Source: a virus. Taken from it: a stretch of 64,000 nt of DNA. The DNA is taken from positions 1-64,000 of IMG/VR virus record IMGVR_UViG_3300028029_000001. One strand, 5' to 3'. The notes below the pieces were generated by a model. That model searched no databases. It was not told the DNA's origin and was given only the letters and a program-made list of their open reading frames with translations. Position 1 is the first letter of the stretch, and every line of letters starts with the position of its first letter. This document shows positions 54,361-62,110 of the stretch, in pieces. The translations under genes and the position numbers were made by a program.

Positions 54361-54403
54361 GACCCTAAATATATATCCTATATTTCTATTAACCTAATAT
54401 TTT
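54361..54403 (-). promoter_or_regulatory. repeated promoter/operator motif
   Basis: gaccctaaatatatatcctatatttctattaacctaatatttt. Confidence 0.55.
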
Positions 54404-54541
54404 CCATATTATTTACCTTTTTATTTTCTCAATGAGGAATATCAATAAAGGTAGAGAGAATAGATTATAAAGATGATGAGGATATATTTATAATCATTTA
54501 GAGGGGTTAATGTAAGTTTTCATAATGAGACGCCTGTCTTA

Positions 54542-55489
54542 TTATAGTATTATAATTTTATTTGAAATCCTTTTCATTATTATAGAGTCCACCAACCTGT
54601 ACGTAGGATCCTTGAATTCATTTCTAAATTCTTTGTACGTTTGGTTGGTGGTCTTTATAAATATATCTCTTTTATTAGATTTAATAAGGTTTAATTTATT
54701 TAATAACGTTTGTAATTGAAATCCTTTTAAAGTTGTTCTAAAACCAAGTAATTTTGCAATACCTCTATTTGATAGAGTTATGTCAAGATTACAATAACTA
54801 TTATTTTTCAACGAATGTTTTTTTGATTCTTCTATATAACGAGTTGCTATTTTGGATTGTTTGGTGTTTTCAATGCTTTCTACTTTATTGCTGTTGTTGT
54901 ACAACTTATCGATAAACCCTCTGATATCTTTTAAAGATCTGGGTTGAGTACGTTCTTTTCGGAGTAGTTTTTTGAATTCACTATTGCTCCTGATCTTTTG
55001 CCACACTTGGTATGCTTGACGGTCTAGGTTTAGATCTATTTCTTCTTTTGCCACATATGCGATTAAATTATCTATCTTTTTAAGGCTTAGTTTGAAGATC
55101 TTAAAGTTTCCTATTCTTTTTGTCTTATTGTTTTGTGTTAGATCATAGCCAAGGATTTCAAATAATTTATCATATCTAACAAGATGATAACTATTCTTAT
55201 CCTTATTTATTAAACCTAATTTAGAGAGTCTTTTAATTTTTCTCCAAATACTTGATTGTGAAAAGTTGTAGTTTTTTTGTATTAAAGGGACTACACTACC
55301 CTTTTTAAAGCAACCTTCTTCATTGATTACTTTTAATTGATAATAGAATTTTAAATCCACAAGAATGCCCAACTCATTAGCTAAACGAATTGCACCTTCT
55401 GGAACTTTTATGTATCTTTTATCCTTCAATTTTTTTCCAAATATATTTGAAACATTCTGATAACAAGAATGTTTTAACATCACTAACAT
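54542..55489 (-). CDS. winged-helix DNA-binding protein (regulator or replication-initiation-like)
   Basis: 315 aa. SSIWRKIKRLSKLGLINKDKNSYHLVRYDKLFEILG looks like a wHTH. Start uncertain (71-nt overlap upstream). Confidence 0.45.
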   Translation of the reverse strand: MLVMLKHSCYQNVSNIFGKKLKDKRYIKVPEGAIRLANELGILVDLKFYYQLKVINEEGCFKKGSVVPLIQKNYNFSQSSIWRKIKRLSKLGLINKDKNSYHLVRYDKLFEILGYDLTQNNKTKRIGNFKIFKLSLKKIDNLIAYVAKEEIDLNLDRQAYQVWQKIRSNSEFKKLLRKERTQPRSLKDIRGFIDKLYNNSNKVESIENTKQSKIATRYIEESKKHSLKNNSYCNLDITLSNRGIAKLLGFRTTLKGFQLQTLLNKLNLIKSNKRDIFIKTTNQTYKEFRNEFKDPTYRLVDSIIMKRISNKIIIL

Positions 55490-55712
55490 TTACTGGAGGT
55501 GACATTTCTTCTTTTAACCTATTTGCATAACCTTCAATATAAATTGAAGATCTTACTAATAATCTTTTTGTGAATTGACTTTTATTATCTGGGCATAAAA
55601 TATCTAACCTTCTGTTAACATATTCTTTTATTTCAGATTTTGTCAATACACACGCTTCATCTACATTATACGTTATATGCGGTTGCGCTGAGGTATTCTT
55701 TCCATTTGACAT
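55419..55712 (-). CDS. hypothetical protein
   Basis: 97-aa ORF overlapping both neighbours. Confidence 0.4.
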   Translation of the reverse strand: MSNGKNTSAQPHITYNVDEACVLTKSEIKEYVNRRLDILCPDNKSQFTKRLLVRSSIYIEGYANRLKEEMSPPVNVSDVKTFLLSECFKYIWKKIEG

Positions 55713-55998
55713 CTCTTGAGAATTTTCGCCTTCTTATAGGCATTTGACTAATTTGACTAATCATAGCATTCTTTGCTTGATCTGTTAATCCTTGGGTTCT
55801 TGTTTGATCAATTACCCATTTTGTAATATTTTGTCCAGATAGTTCCACTACCTCACTTCCTTCTTCTCCAGGAACTATAAACTCACTTACACTATATAAT
55901 GTTGATTCTATATCAACAATACGAAATCCCCAATCATTCAACAATTCGATTACTTCTACTTGTTTTTGTATTCTTGGATCGTAATATAAACCTTCCAT
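55666..55998 (-). CDS. hypothetical protein
   Basis: 110-aa ORF. Confidence 0.5.
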   Translation of the reverse strand: MEGLYYDPRIQKQVEVIELLNDWGFRIVDIESTLYSVSEFIVPGEEGSEVVELSGQNITKWVIDQTRTQGLTDQAKNAMISQISQMPIRRRKFSRDVKWKEYLSATAYNV

Positions 55999-55999
55999 A

Positions 56000-56362
56000 T
56001 TATTTCTTTTTTACTTTATCATACCCCATGTTTCCCATTTCTCTATCCATCACTTTTTGTTTTTGACCTTTCCCTTCTTCAGATAAAGCATGTTTCTTAG
56101 CCCTTTGCTTAAAATGATTGTGGGCTTTTTTTGTTCTTTCTTGGGTAGTTCCTTCATGGAAATTTATTCCCCTATCTGCATAATCAACCCCTTTATTAAC
56201 ATCTAAAGAAATAAGCACTACTTTAGTCTTAGGATGAACTATTTGATCATTCCATTTATCTTTATATATCTTTACACCGTTTTTATCAATTGATGTTGAA
56301 AATGAATAAAAATAAAATTCATCTCCCGATTCTGGGCATTTAAAGTTCTTTTTTGATTTCAT
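56000..56362 (-). CDS. hypothetical basic protein
   Basis: 120-aa ORF. Confidence 0.5.
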   Translation of the reverse strand: MKSKKNFKCPESGDEFYFYSFSTSIDKNGVKIYKDKWNDQIVHPKTKVVLISLDVNKGVDYADRGINFHEGTTQERTKKAHNHFKQRAKKHALSEEGKGQKQKVMDREMGNMGYDKVKKK

Positions 56363-56363
56363 A

Positions 56364-56855
56364 CTATTTGAATTTTAATCTTATATATTCTGCTATTAAA
56401 ACTGCATCTACAATACCATCATGAGGAACCCTTGATCTTTTTGTTGCTAAAAATGATTCATAAGGAAATAACCTTTTTGCTGCTATTAAAGATGTCTTTT
56501 TTGTGTCTTTTTGCTTTGTTACACCTTCCCATGTAATCTTTTGCCATTGTTTAGGGTTGACTAGTGTATATGGTATATTTAACCCTGCTACTAAACCTAT
56601 TAACAATCCTTTACCTAAACCAAAGTTAAAATTCGAAGAATTTCCTATTCTTCCTTGAATTGCATGCACATTTTCAATCCCTATATGAGTTATCTCATAC
56701 TTTTTTAATAATAATTTTAAAGCTTGAACATCATATTCTTTACTTATAGTAGGCATTACATGAATATCCATAATGAAACCATCATCCGTTAAAACGGCAA
56801 AACCTCCCTTTTTACCAGGATCAAACGCTGCAAATATTTTATTCTCCAAAGCCAT
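56364..56855 (-). CDS. RuvC-like Holliday junction resolvase
   Basis: 163 aa. AAFDPGKKGGFAV, IGIENVHA and DGIVDAVLIAEY follow the acidic-residue layout of the RuvC fold. Confidence 0.6.
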   Translation of the reverse strand: MALENKIFAAFDPGKKGGFAVLTDDGFIMDIHVMPTISKEYDVQALKLLLKKYEITHIGIENVHAIQGRIGNSSNFNFGLGKGLLIGLVAGLNIPYTLVNPKQWQKITWEGVTKQKDTKKTSLIAAKRLFPYESFLATKRSRVPHDGIVDAVLIAEYIRLKFK

Positions 56856-57156
56856 ATTCTAAATCTTTATTAGGTGCATCTTTAACTTCCTCTCTTTTTT
56901 TATCCCAAACTTTTTCCATTATATTACAAGAATCTTCTATTCCTGTGAAATCCCAGCGTTCTTCATATCTTCCATATCTAATCACTCTCGAGGGTGGACG
57001 ACCTCTTAAAGTATTGATATCTACTATGAATTCCGCATCTTCACTAGGAAATTCTTTTTTATATTTAAGGAACTCTCCATAATCATAACAAAATACAAAT
57101 ATTTTTTCCCTATTCTCCATAATAAATATTTGAAATTCCTTCTTTTTTAACCACAC
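56839..57156 (-). CDS. hypothetical protein
   Basis: 105-aa ORF (probable start MENREKIF). Confidence 0.45.
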   Translation of the reverse strand: MWLKKKEFQIFIMENREKIFVFCYDYGEFLKYKKEFPSEDAEFIVDINTLRGRPPSRVIRYGRYEERWDFTGIEDSCNIMEKVWDKKREEVKDAPNKDLEYGFGE

Positions 57157-58999
57157 TCACAATGTGAGGATATACTTGATCAAAAGTTCCATGAGTAATA
57201 ACTACAATTGTCTGTTTTACTGAATTTAGTGATTTCATTATACCTCCAATACCTGAGCTATCTACAGACTCAATTACTTCATCTAACCATGTTAAATTTA
57301 AACCTTTTCCAAAATCACAACTACTATTAATTAATTTTTGAAGAGACATAATTACTGCGATCTCAACCCTTGCTTTTTCACCGCTAGATAATCTGCTATA
57401 AGATCCTGCAGCTAACCCATCCCTTAATATTGTTGCTGTAATATTTTCTCTAAGCTTTTTAGTCCTTGTCATTTTATATCCATCTAATTGAATAGATAAG
57501 TTTGTTTTAGTTTTTTCTAAATAATCATTTGCGTTAGCCTCTATTGCTCCAATAGCTTTATTTGATAGAAATGTTTTAAATTTAGTAAATGTTTCTTTTA
57601 ATAAAACCTTATTTGATTTTTCTGTAATTAAACCTTCTGCTTTTTTTACTAAATCAATAATTTGATTGTTTAACTCTTTAATTTGATCTTTAAATTCTGA
57701 TCTTTTATCTTCAAGTTGTTTGTTTTTTATTTGAGCTATTGAAGATTTTATAGTTATATTATCACTAAGTAATCTCTCTATAAATAAATCGCCCCTAGAT
57801 TTCTTATTTAAAAATGAATCTATTTCTTGATTGATTTGATTTTTATCTCTTCTAAAATCATTCTCCTCATTTTCAAAAGATAATATTTCTTTTTGTAAAG
57901 ATATTATTTTTTCTTTACCTTCTTCTTGAAATTTCTCAGATTCTTTTATCGCATCTTTTATTTGTTGATGTCTAAATTTGGCTTTTTCTATGTTTAATTT
58001 TGCGTTTGATATAGAGAATGCATGACTGCATTTAGGACATTTGACTTCATCTGACAAACCTTTTCTAACTTTAGCTTCCAACTCTATTAAACCATTCCAT
58101 TCTTTTTTTTCTATATCATTTTCATTCCTAATATCTTTAATAGAATTTTCAATAATTTTAATTTCTTTTTGATAATCAATAGATTCAAGATTAGTAAGTT
58201 TTATTTCTAAGTTTTCAACCTCAATTAAGATATTTGAATTATTTTCTTTTTTTAAAATAATCTCTTTATCATTTTCTTCTATTTGAGCCCTTAATTCATT
58301 AATTTTTCTATCCCTAGCATCTTCTAAGGATTTCATGGAAAAATTAGTTATTTCATTTTCATAAACCTCTATTTTTCCTACAAGTATATCTTGATCTTGA
58401 CTTACCTTTTCTAATTGATTTGTTTTTTTATCTATTGAATTGTCAATTTTTTCAAAAGAGGGATCTATTAAGTTTGCTTGAGAAAACCTTGCAATTATAT
58501 TTTTTTTCTTTGTATCTGAGATATTTAAAAAAGGTTCATACTTTTCTTTACTAATCAAGAAATAGTTCAGGAGATCTTCTCTTTCTATTCCTATTTCATT
58601 GATTATGAATTTATTTGCATCATCAACATTAGTTAAATCAACCTCTGGAGCTTCTCCATTGATTAATATATTTACTTTTCCTGATTTAGAATTAGAAAAA
58701 ATAGTTCTTTGGATTTCTAATTTTTTATTAAGAATGCTGTTGTTTAATATAAATGTTTGTGATGATTCTATTTCTCCATCAGTTACTAGTTCTTTTGTAG
58801 AAACCTTTCTTAAAGATGAATTAATTAAAGCTACTGAAAGCCCTTCTAAAATCGCTGATTTTCCAGAACCATTACTTATAGACCCTTCATCAGATTCGTT
58901 TTTTCCATATAACATTGTAGCTACACCGTTCACGAAAATAAATTCACTATTTTCATGAGACATAAAATTTTTTAATATTAACTTTTCAGGGTACCACAT
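57110..58999 (-). CDS. Rad50/SbcC-like recombination ATPase (T4 gp46-like)
   Basis: 629 aa. Walker A NGSGKSAILEGL, long coiled coils with a CPKC zinc hook, signature LSSGEKARV, Walker B LTWLDEV. Confidence 0.8.
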   Translation of the reverse strand: MWYPEKLILKNFMSHENSEFIFVNGVATMLYGKNESDEGSISNGSGKSAILEGLSVALINSSLRKVSTKELVTDGEIESSQTFILNNSILNKKLEIQRTIFSNSKSGKVNILINGEAPEVDLTNVDDANKFIINEIGIEREDLLNYFLISKEKYEPFLNISDTKKKNIIARFSQANLIDPSFEKIDNSIDKKTNQLEKVSQDQDILVGKIEVYENEITNFSMKSLEDARDRKINELRAQIEENDKEIILKKENNSNILIEVENLEIKLTNLESIDYQKEIKIIENSIKDIRNENDIEKKEWNGLIELEAKVRKGLSDEVKCPKCSHAFSISNAKLNIEKAKFRHQQIKDAIKESEKFQEEGKEKIISLQKEILSFENEENDFRRDKNQINQEIDSFLNKKSRGDLFIERLLSDNITIKSSIAQIKNKQLEDKRSEFKDQIKELNNQIIDLVKKAEGLITEKSNKVLLKETFTKFKTFLSNKAIGAIEANANDYLEKTKTNLSIQLDGYKMTRTKKLRENITATILRDGLAAGSYSRLSSGEKARVEIAVIMSLQKLINSSCDFGKGLNLTWLDEVIESVDSSGIGGIMKSLNSVKQTIVVITHGTFDQVYPHIVSVVKKEGISNIYYGE

Positions 59000-59003
59000 A
59001 TTT

Positions 59004-59321
59004 TTATTTATATACTTTTATTGATTTCTTAAAAAGACTTCTTTGCTTACTAAAAGGGATCCAGTAAAATTTAAAAGATTTAGTAAAAGATTTATGAATT
59101 ACTTCAATGTCATAAAGGCCTATATCATAAAGAAGGTCTTCATGAAATAATATCTTTTGTAATTTTTTTTCTGTACCTTTATATCCCCTGATTGATAAAC
59201 TCTCTCCTATTAATTCAGATACTTTATTTAATGTATCTTTGTCAATTGTATACCCTTTATAAAAGTTAGATTCTAATTTATTTGATATTTGATCTATTAT
59301 TTTCCAATTTTTCATTTTCAA
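59004..59321 (-). CDS. hypothetical protein
   Basis: 105-aa ORF. Confidence 0.5.
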   Translation of the reverse strand: MKMKNWKIIDQISNKLESNFYKGYTIDKDTLNKVSELIGESLSIRGYKGTEKKLQKILFHEDLLYDIGLYDIEVIHKSFTKSFKFYWIPFSKQRSLFKKSIKVYK

Positions 59322-59326
59322 TCTTT

Positions 59327-60301
59327 TTAATTTATTCCTAATAAAGCTTCTTTGATTTTTAATTCTAATTCATCTAAAAGTTCTAAATTATCTTCTAATA
59401 ACAATAATACTTTAGCTTGTCCTTGCCCAAGTTTAGTATCTCCGTAAGAATACCAACTTCCACCCCTTTTAATGATTCCAAATTCTTCTGCTAAAGATAA
59501 TATTTCTCCCGTTTTATAAATACCTACGCCATATTTAATTGTAGTAAAGCCTTCAGCAAATGGTGGAGCTACTTTATTTTTTATAACTTTTACTTTAATT
59601 TCATTTGCGATAGCAACGTCTCCATCTTTAATGATGCTTTTTCTTCTAATGTCGATTCTTTGTGAAGCATAAAATTTAAGAGCCTGCCCCCCAGAGGTAG
59701 TTTCAGGGCTACCAAACATTACTCCAATCTTCATTCTAATTTGATTGATAAATATTACTGTACATTTTGCATTGCCTGCTTTTATTACTAACTTAGGTAA
59801 TCCTTGAGACATCATCTTTGCTTGGATTCCTATATTAGCTTCACCAAATTCTCCTTCCAATTGTCTTTTAGGGATTAATGCAGAAACTGAATCAACTACA
59901 ATTAAATCAACTTCTCCAGAATCAATCAATTTTTCTGCAATATCTAAAGCTTGTTCTCCGTAAGAGGGTTGACTTAATAATAATTTATCAGTGTCAATAC
60001 CTAAATTTTTGGCATAAAAAATATCAAATGCATGTTCCATATCAATCATGGCTGCAGTTCCTCCATCTTTTTGAACTTCAGCCATTGCATGCATTGCTAA
60101 GGTTGTTTTACCTGATGATTCTGGTCCATAAATTTCAACTATTCTACCTTTAGGCATACCGCCCCCCAATAAAGTATCTACAACCAATGATCCTGTTGAA
60201 AATAATTCAACGTCTAAACCTTTTCCAAAATCTTTAATCCTATGAATAGTTCCTTGACCATACGTCTTATTTAAACTTTCTAATGTCTTATTTAAACTCA
60301 T
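59327..60301 (-). CDS. recA: RecA recombinase (cellular type)
   Basis: 324 aa, collinear with bacterial RecA: GRIVEIYGPESSGKTTL, IDMEHAFD, VVDSVSAL, FINQIRMKIGVMFGSPETTSGGQALKFYAS. Confidence 0.9.
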   Translation of the reverse strand: MSLNKTLESLNKTYGQGTIHRIKDFGKGLDVELFSTGSLVVDTLLGGGMPKGRIVEIYGPESSGKTTLAMHAMAEVQKDGGTAAMIDMEHAFDIFYAKNLGIDTDKLLLSQPSYGEQALDIAEKLIDSGEVDLIVVDSVSALIPKRQLEGEFGEANIGIQAKMMSQGLPKLVIKAGNAKCTVIFINQIRMKIGVMFGSPETTSGGQALKFYASQRIDIRRKSIIKDGDVAIANEIKVKVIKNKVAPPFAEGFTTIKYGVGIYKTGEILSLAEEFGIIKRGGSWYSYGDTKLGQGQAKVLLLLEDNLELLDELELKIKEALLGIN

Positions 60302-60314
60302 TTTGTTTTTATTT

Positions 60315-60569
60315 TTAAAGTGCTATCCTATAGGTATCTAATGTCGAGGATAAATCTTGAAGTTCTCTTATTTCTGCCTGTTTCTTTTGAATTGTTGAAG
60401 ACCTTTTACCTTCAATAATCTTCTTTAATAAATTTTTCGATTCAGGTATTGAATTTCCAGTACCTACAACCTTTCCATTATGATATATGTCAAGACTTTC
60501 ATCAATCAAATATTCCCCTAAAGAAGGTATCTTGTATTTAATTATAATATAATTTGTTAATATCCCCAT
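60315..60569 (-). CDS. hypothetical protein
   Basis: 84-aa ORF. Confidence 0.45.
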   Translation of the reverse strand: MGILTNYIIIKYKIPSLGEYLIDESLDIYHNGKVVGTGNSIPESKNLLKKIIEGKRSSTIQKKQAEIRELQDLSSTLDTYRIAL

Positions 60570-60571
60570 TT

Positions 60572-61621
60572 TTATTTTAGTGTTTCGTTTAATAATGTTT
60601 CCCCTTCTATATTAATTGATTTAACAATCTCATTCTTCTCTACAAACTCAATCCATCCAGATTTTATAGTTTCTTTGTTAAATCCTTTAAAATCTTTAAT
60701 TTCTGCATAATCAATATTAACTATTGGATTTTCTTCTTCACATTTTATTTCTATACCAGCTTTTTCAAAAATACTTTTGTTTAGAGATTTTATCTTTTCT
60801 CTGGTTCCTGTGAATTTGAACCTTATATTGTCTTTATTGTCTTTAAATTTTTCAACTTGTTCATTAATTTCTAAATCTGTCACCTTATTCAAATCTAAAT
60901 AAACTGTCTTATATTCTTTAAAAAGTGTCTTAATTTGTTTCCAAGACCCATCTTCATTGATTATAGTGAACCCTTTTTTATTGTTTTCTCCAAAATTTTT
61001 CTGTTTAAAAGCGCCTATATAAATTACGTTGTCAATAACTTGATAATCATGGTAATGCCCTACAAATACATTTTCAAATAATTTAAAAGAATTAATTCCT
61101 ATAGCTTCTTCTATTTTTGATCCATCATTATTTTTAACCCCATTTACAGCTATGTGAGTAAGCAATATATGTTTTAAATTTTTAAAATTCTCAATTTCTA
61201 AAACTGCTTTTTTTAGATATTCAGGGTAGATTTCTTTTTCATCAAAAAAAGGAATCATATGAACCATATAATCACCTTCTATAAAATTATCATAAGACCT
61301 TACTAATTCTTGAGATGGATTCATTGAAAATATATCTAAATAACTCCTTTCTGATTTATATGATGGTTTGTCATGATTCCCAGGAATAACTCTAAGTATT
61401 ATATCATAAGATTTTGCCATTTCCAATATAGACATCCACGCTTCTAAAACTTTTAATGTTTGTGATTTTCTTGAATCAAATATATCTCCTAAAACATAGA
61501 CTGTCTTAAAATCTAAAACTTGCGCTTCAGCAAATGTTTGATTTAAAAGATCTTTAGTCTCCTCTATATTATCACTGGTTAAATGTATATCTGTCAATAA
61601 AAATAATAATGGATTACTCAT
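60572..61621 (-). CDS. Mre11/SbcD-like nuclease (T4 gp47-like)
   Basis: 349 aa. Metallophosphoesterase motifs LTDIHL, VLGDIFD, IPGNHD, LLTHIAV, VGHYHD. Confidence 0.8.
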   Translation of the reverse strand: MSNPLLFLLTDIHLTSDNIEETKDLLNQTFAEAQVLDFKTVYVLGDIFDSRKSQTLKVLEAWMSILEMAKSYDIILRVIPGNHDKPSYKSERSYLDIFSMNPSQELVRSYDNFIEGDYMVHMIPFFDEKEIYPEYLKKAVLEIENFKNLKHILLTHIAVNGVKNNDGSKIEEAIGINSFKLFENVFVGHYHDYQVIDNVIYIGAFKQKNFGENNKKGFTIINEDGSWKQIKTLFKEYKTVYLDLNKVTDLEINEQVEKFKDNKDNIRFKFTGTREKIKSLNKSIFEKAGIEIKCEEENPIVNIDYAEIKDFKGFNKETIKSGWIEFVEKNEIVKSINIEGETLLNETLK

Positions 61622-61630
61622 ACTTTTAAT

Positions 61631-61666
61631 TTTAAAAATAAAGAGGGAGATTTTAAGCTCTCCCTC
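61631..61666 (-). terminator. rho-independent terminator closing the tmRNA-like coding piece
   Basis: Stem gagggaga/tctccctc (61643-61650 / 61659-61666), followed on the minus strand by TTTATTTTT. Confidence 0.7.
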
Positions 61667-61796
61667 AAACGGCTTACGATTCTTAGGCTGCAGTTGCTAC
61701 AGCTTGGAAAGGATTCATTTGTATAACTTTTGCGGTTATATTTTAACATACTCTTCTCTCGTCCTCTATCTTACAGTCAAAACCAAATACAGCCCC
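61643..61796 (-). ncRNA. ssrA: tmRNA-like coding piece (5' acceptor strand, tag reading frame)
   Basis: Starts GGGGCTGTATTTGGTTTTGAC (cf. E. coli GGGGCUGAUUCUGGAUUCGAC). Tag frame 61733-61683: GCA AAA ... GCA GCC TAA = AKVIQMNPFQAVATAA*. Confidence 0.55.
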
Positions 61797-61964
61797 AATT
61801 GCCTCGAATTTCATTACATGACTATTTCTCACACCAGGCCTATGAGATTTGTAACCACCACTTGAAGGTGTAGTTGAACTGACAACATTCAATTGTAGGG
61901 AAGGGTGCATCTTCGGGGGATGCTTAAAACTCACCACCTAATTCCGTATAGGCTTCCCAATTTG

Positions 61965-62030
61965 TGGAGCTGGAGGGATTCGAACCCTCGTCCAAATAAG
62001 CGACTAAACTTGATACTTACGAATATGTTG
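61965..62030 (-). ncRNA. ssrA: tmRNA-like acceptor piece (T-arm and 3' acceptor strand)
   Basis: ...TTTGGAC-GAGGG-TTCGAAT-CCCTC-CAGCTCC-A. The 3' strand pairs with the GGGGCTG at 61796-61790, including G3:U70. No matching 5' strand lies upstream. Confidence 0.55.
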
Positions 62031-62104
62031 GCCCCTTGAGTGGACTCGAACCACTGACTTTCTGCAAATTCTTGCAAGCTCTAACCAACTGAGCTACAAG
62101 GGGC
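62031..62104 (-). tRNA. tRNA-like gene with abnormal anticodon arm (4- or 6-nt loop in manual fold), G-1:C73 extension
   Basis: G-CCCCTTG-TA-GCTC-AGTTGGTTA-GAGC-TTGCAAGAATTTGCAG-AAAGTC-AGTGG-TTCGAGT-CCACT-CAAGGGG-C. The acceptor, D and T arms are canonical. Abuts the CDS stop (6 nt) and the tmRNA-like piece. Confidence 0.55.
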
Positions 62105-62110
62105 TTTTAT

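Noticed and set aside
61743-61937. 64-aa minus-strand ORF (MVSFKHPPKMHPSLQ...) in the track.
   Set aside because: It lies entirely within the GC-richer structured region between the two tmRNA-like pieces and overlaps the GGGGCTG start. Its composition is unlike all neighbouring proteins and it has no coupled start context. Most likely it is a chance ORF in an RNA locus.
61962-61993. The idea that the tmRNA 3' fragment is an attP core of an integrative phage, since many elements integrate into ssrA.
   Set aside because: No integrase or excisionase is present in the window, and the gene set is that of a lytic-type myovirus. A matching 5' acceptor strand with a tag frame lies just downstream, which an attP remnant would not need. 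This cannot be fully excluded without the rest of the genome.
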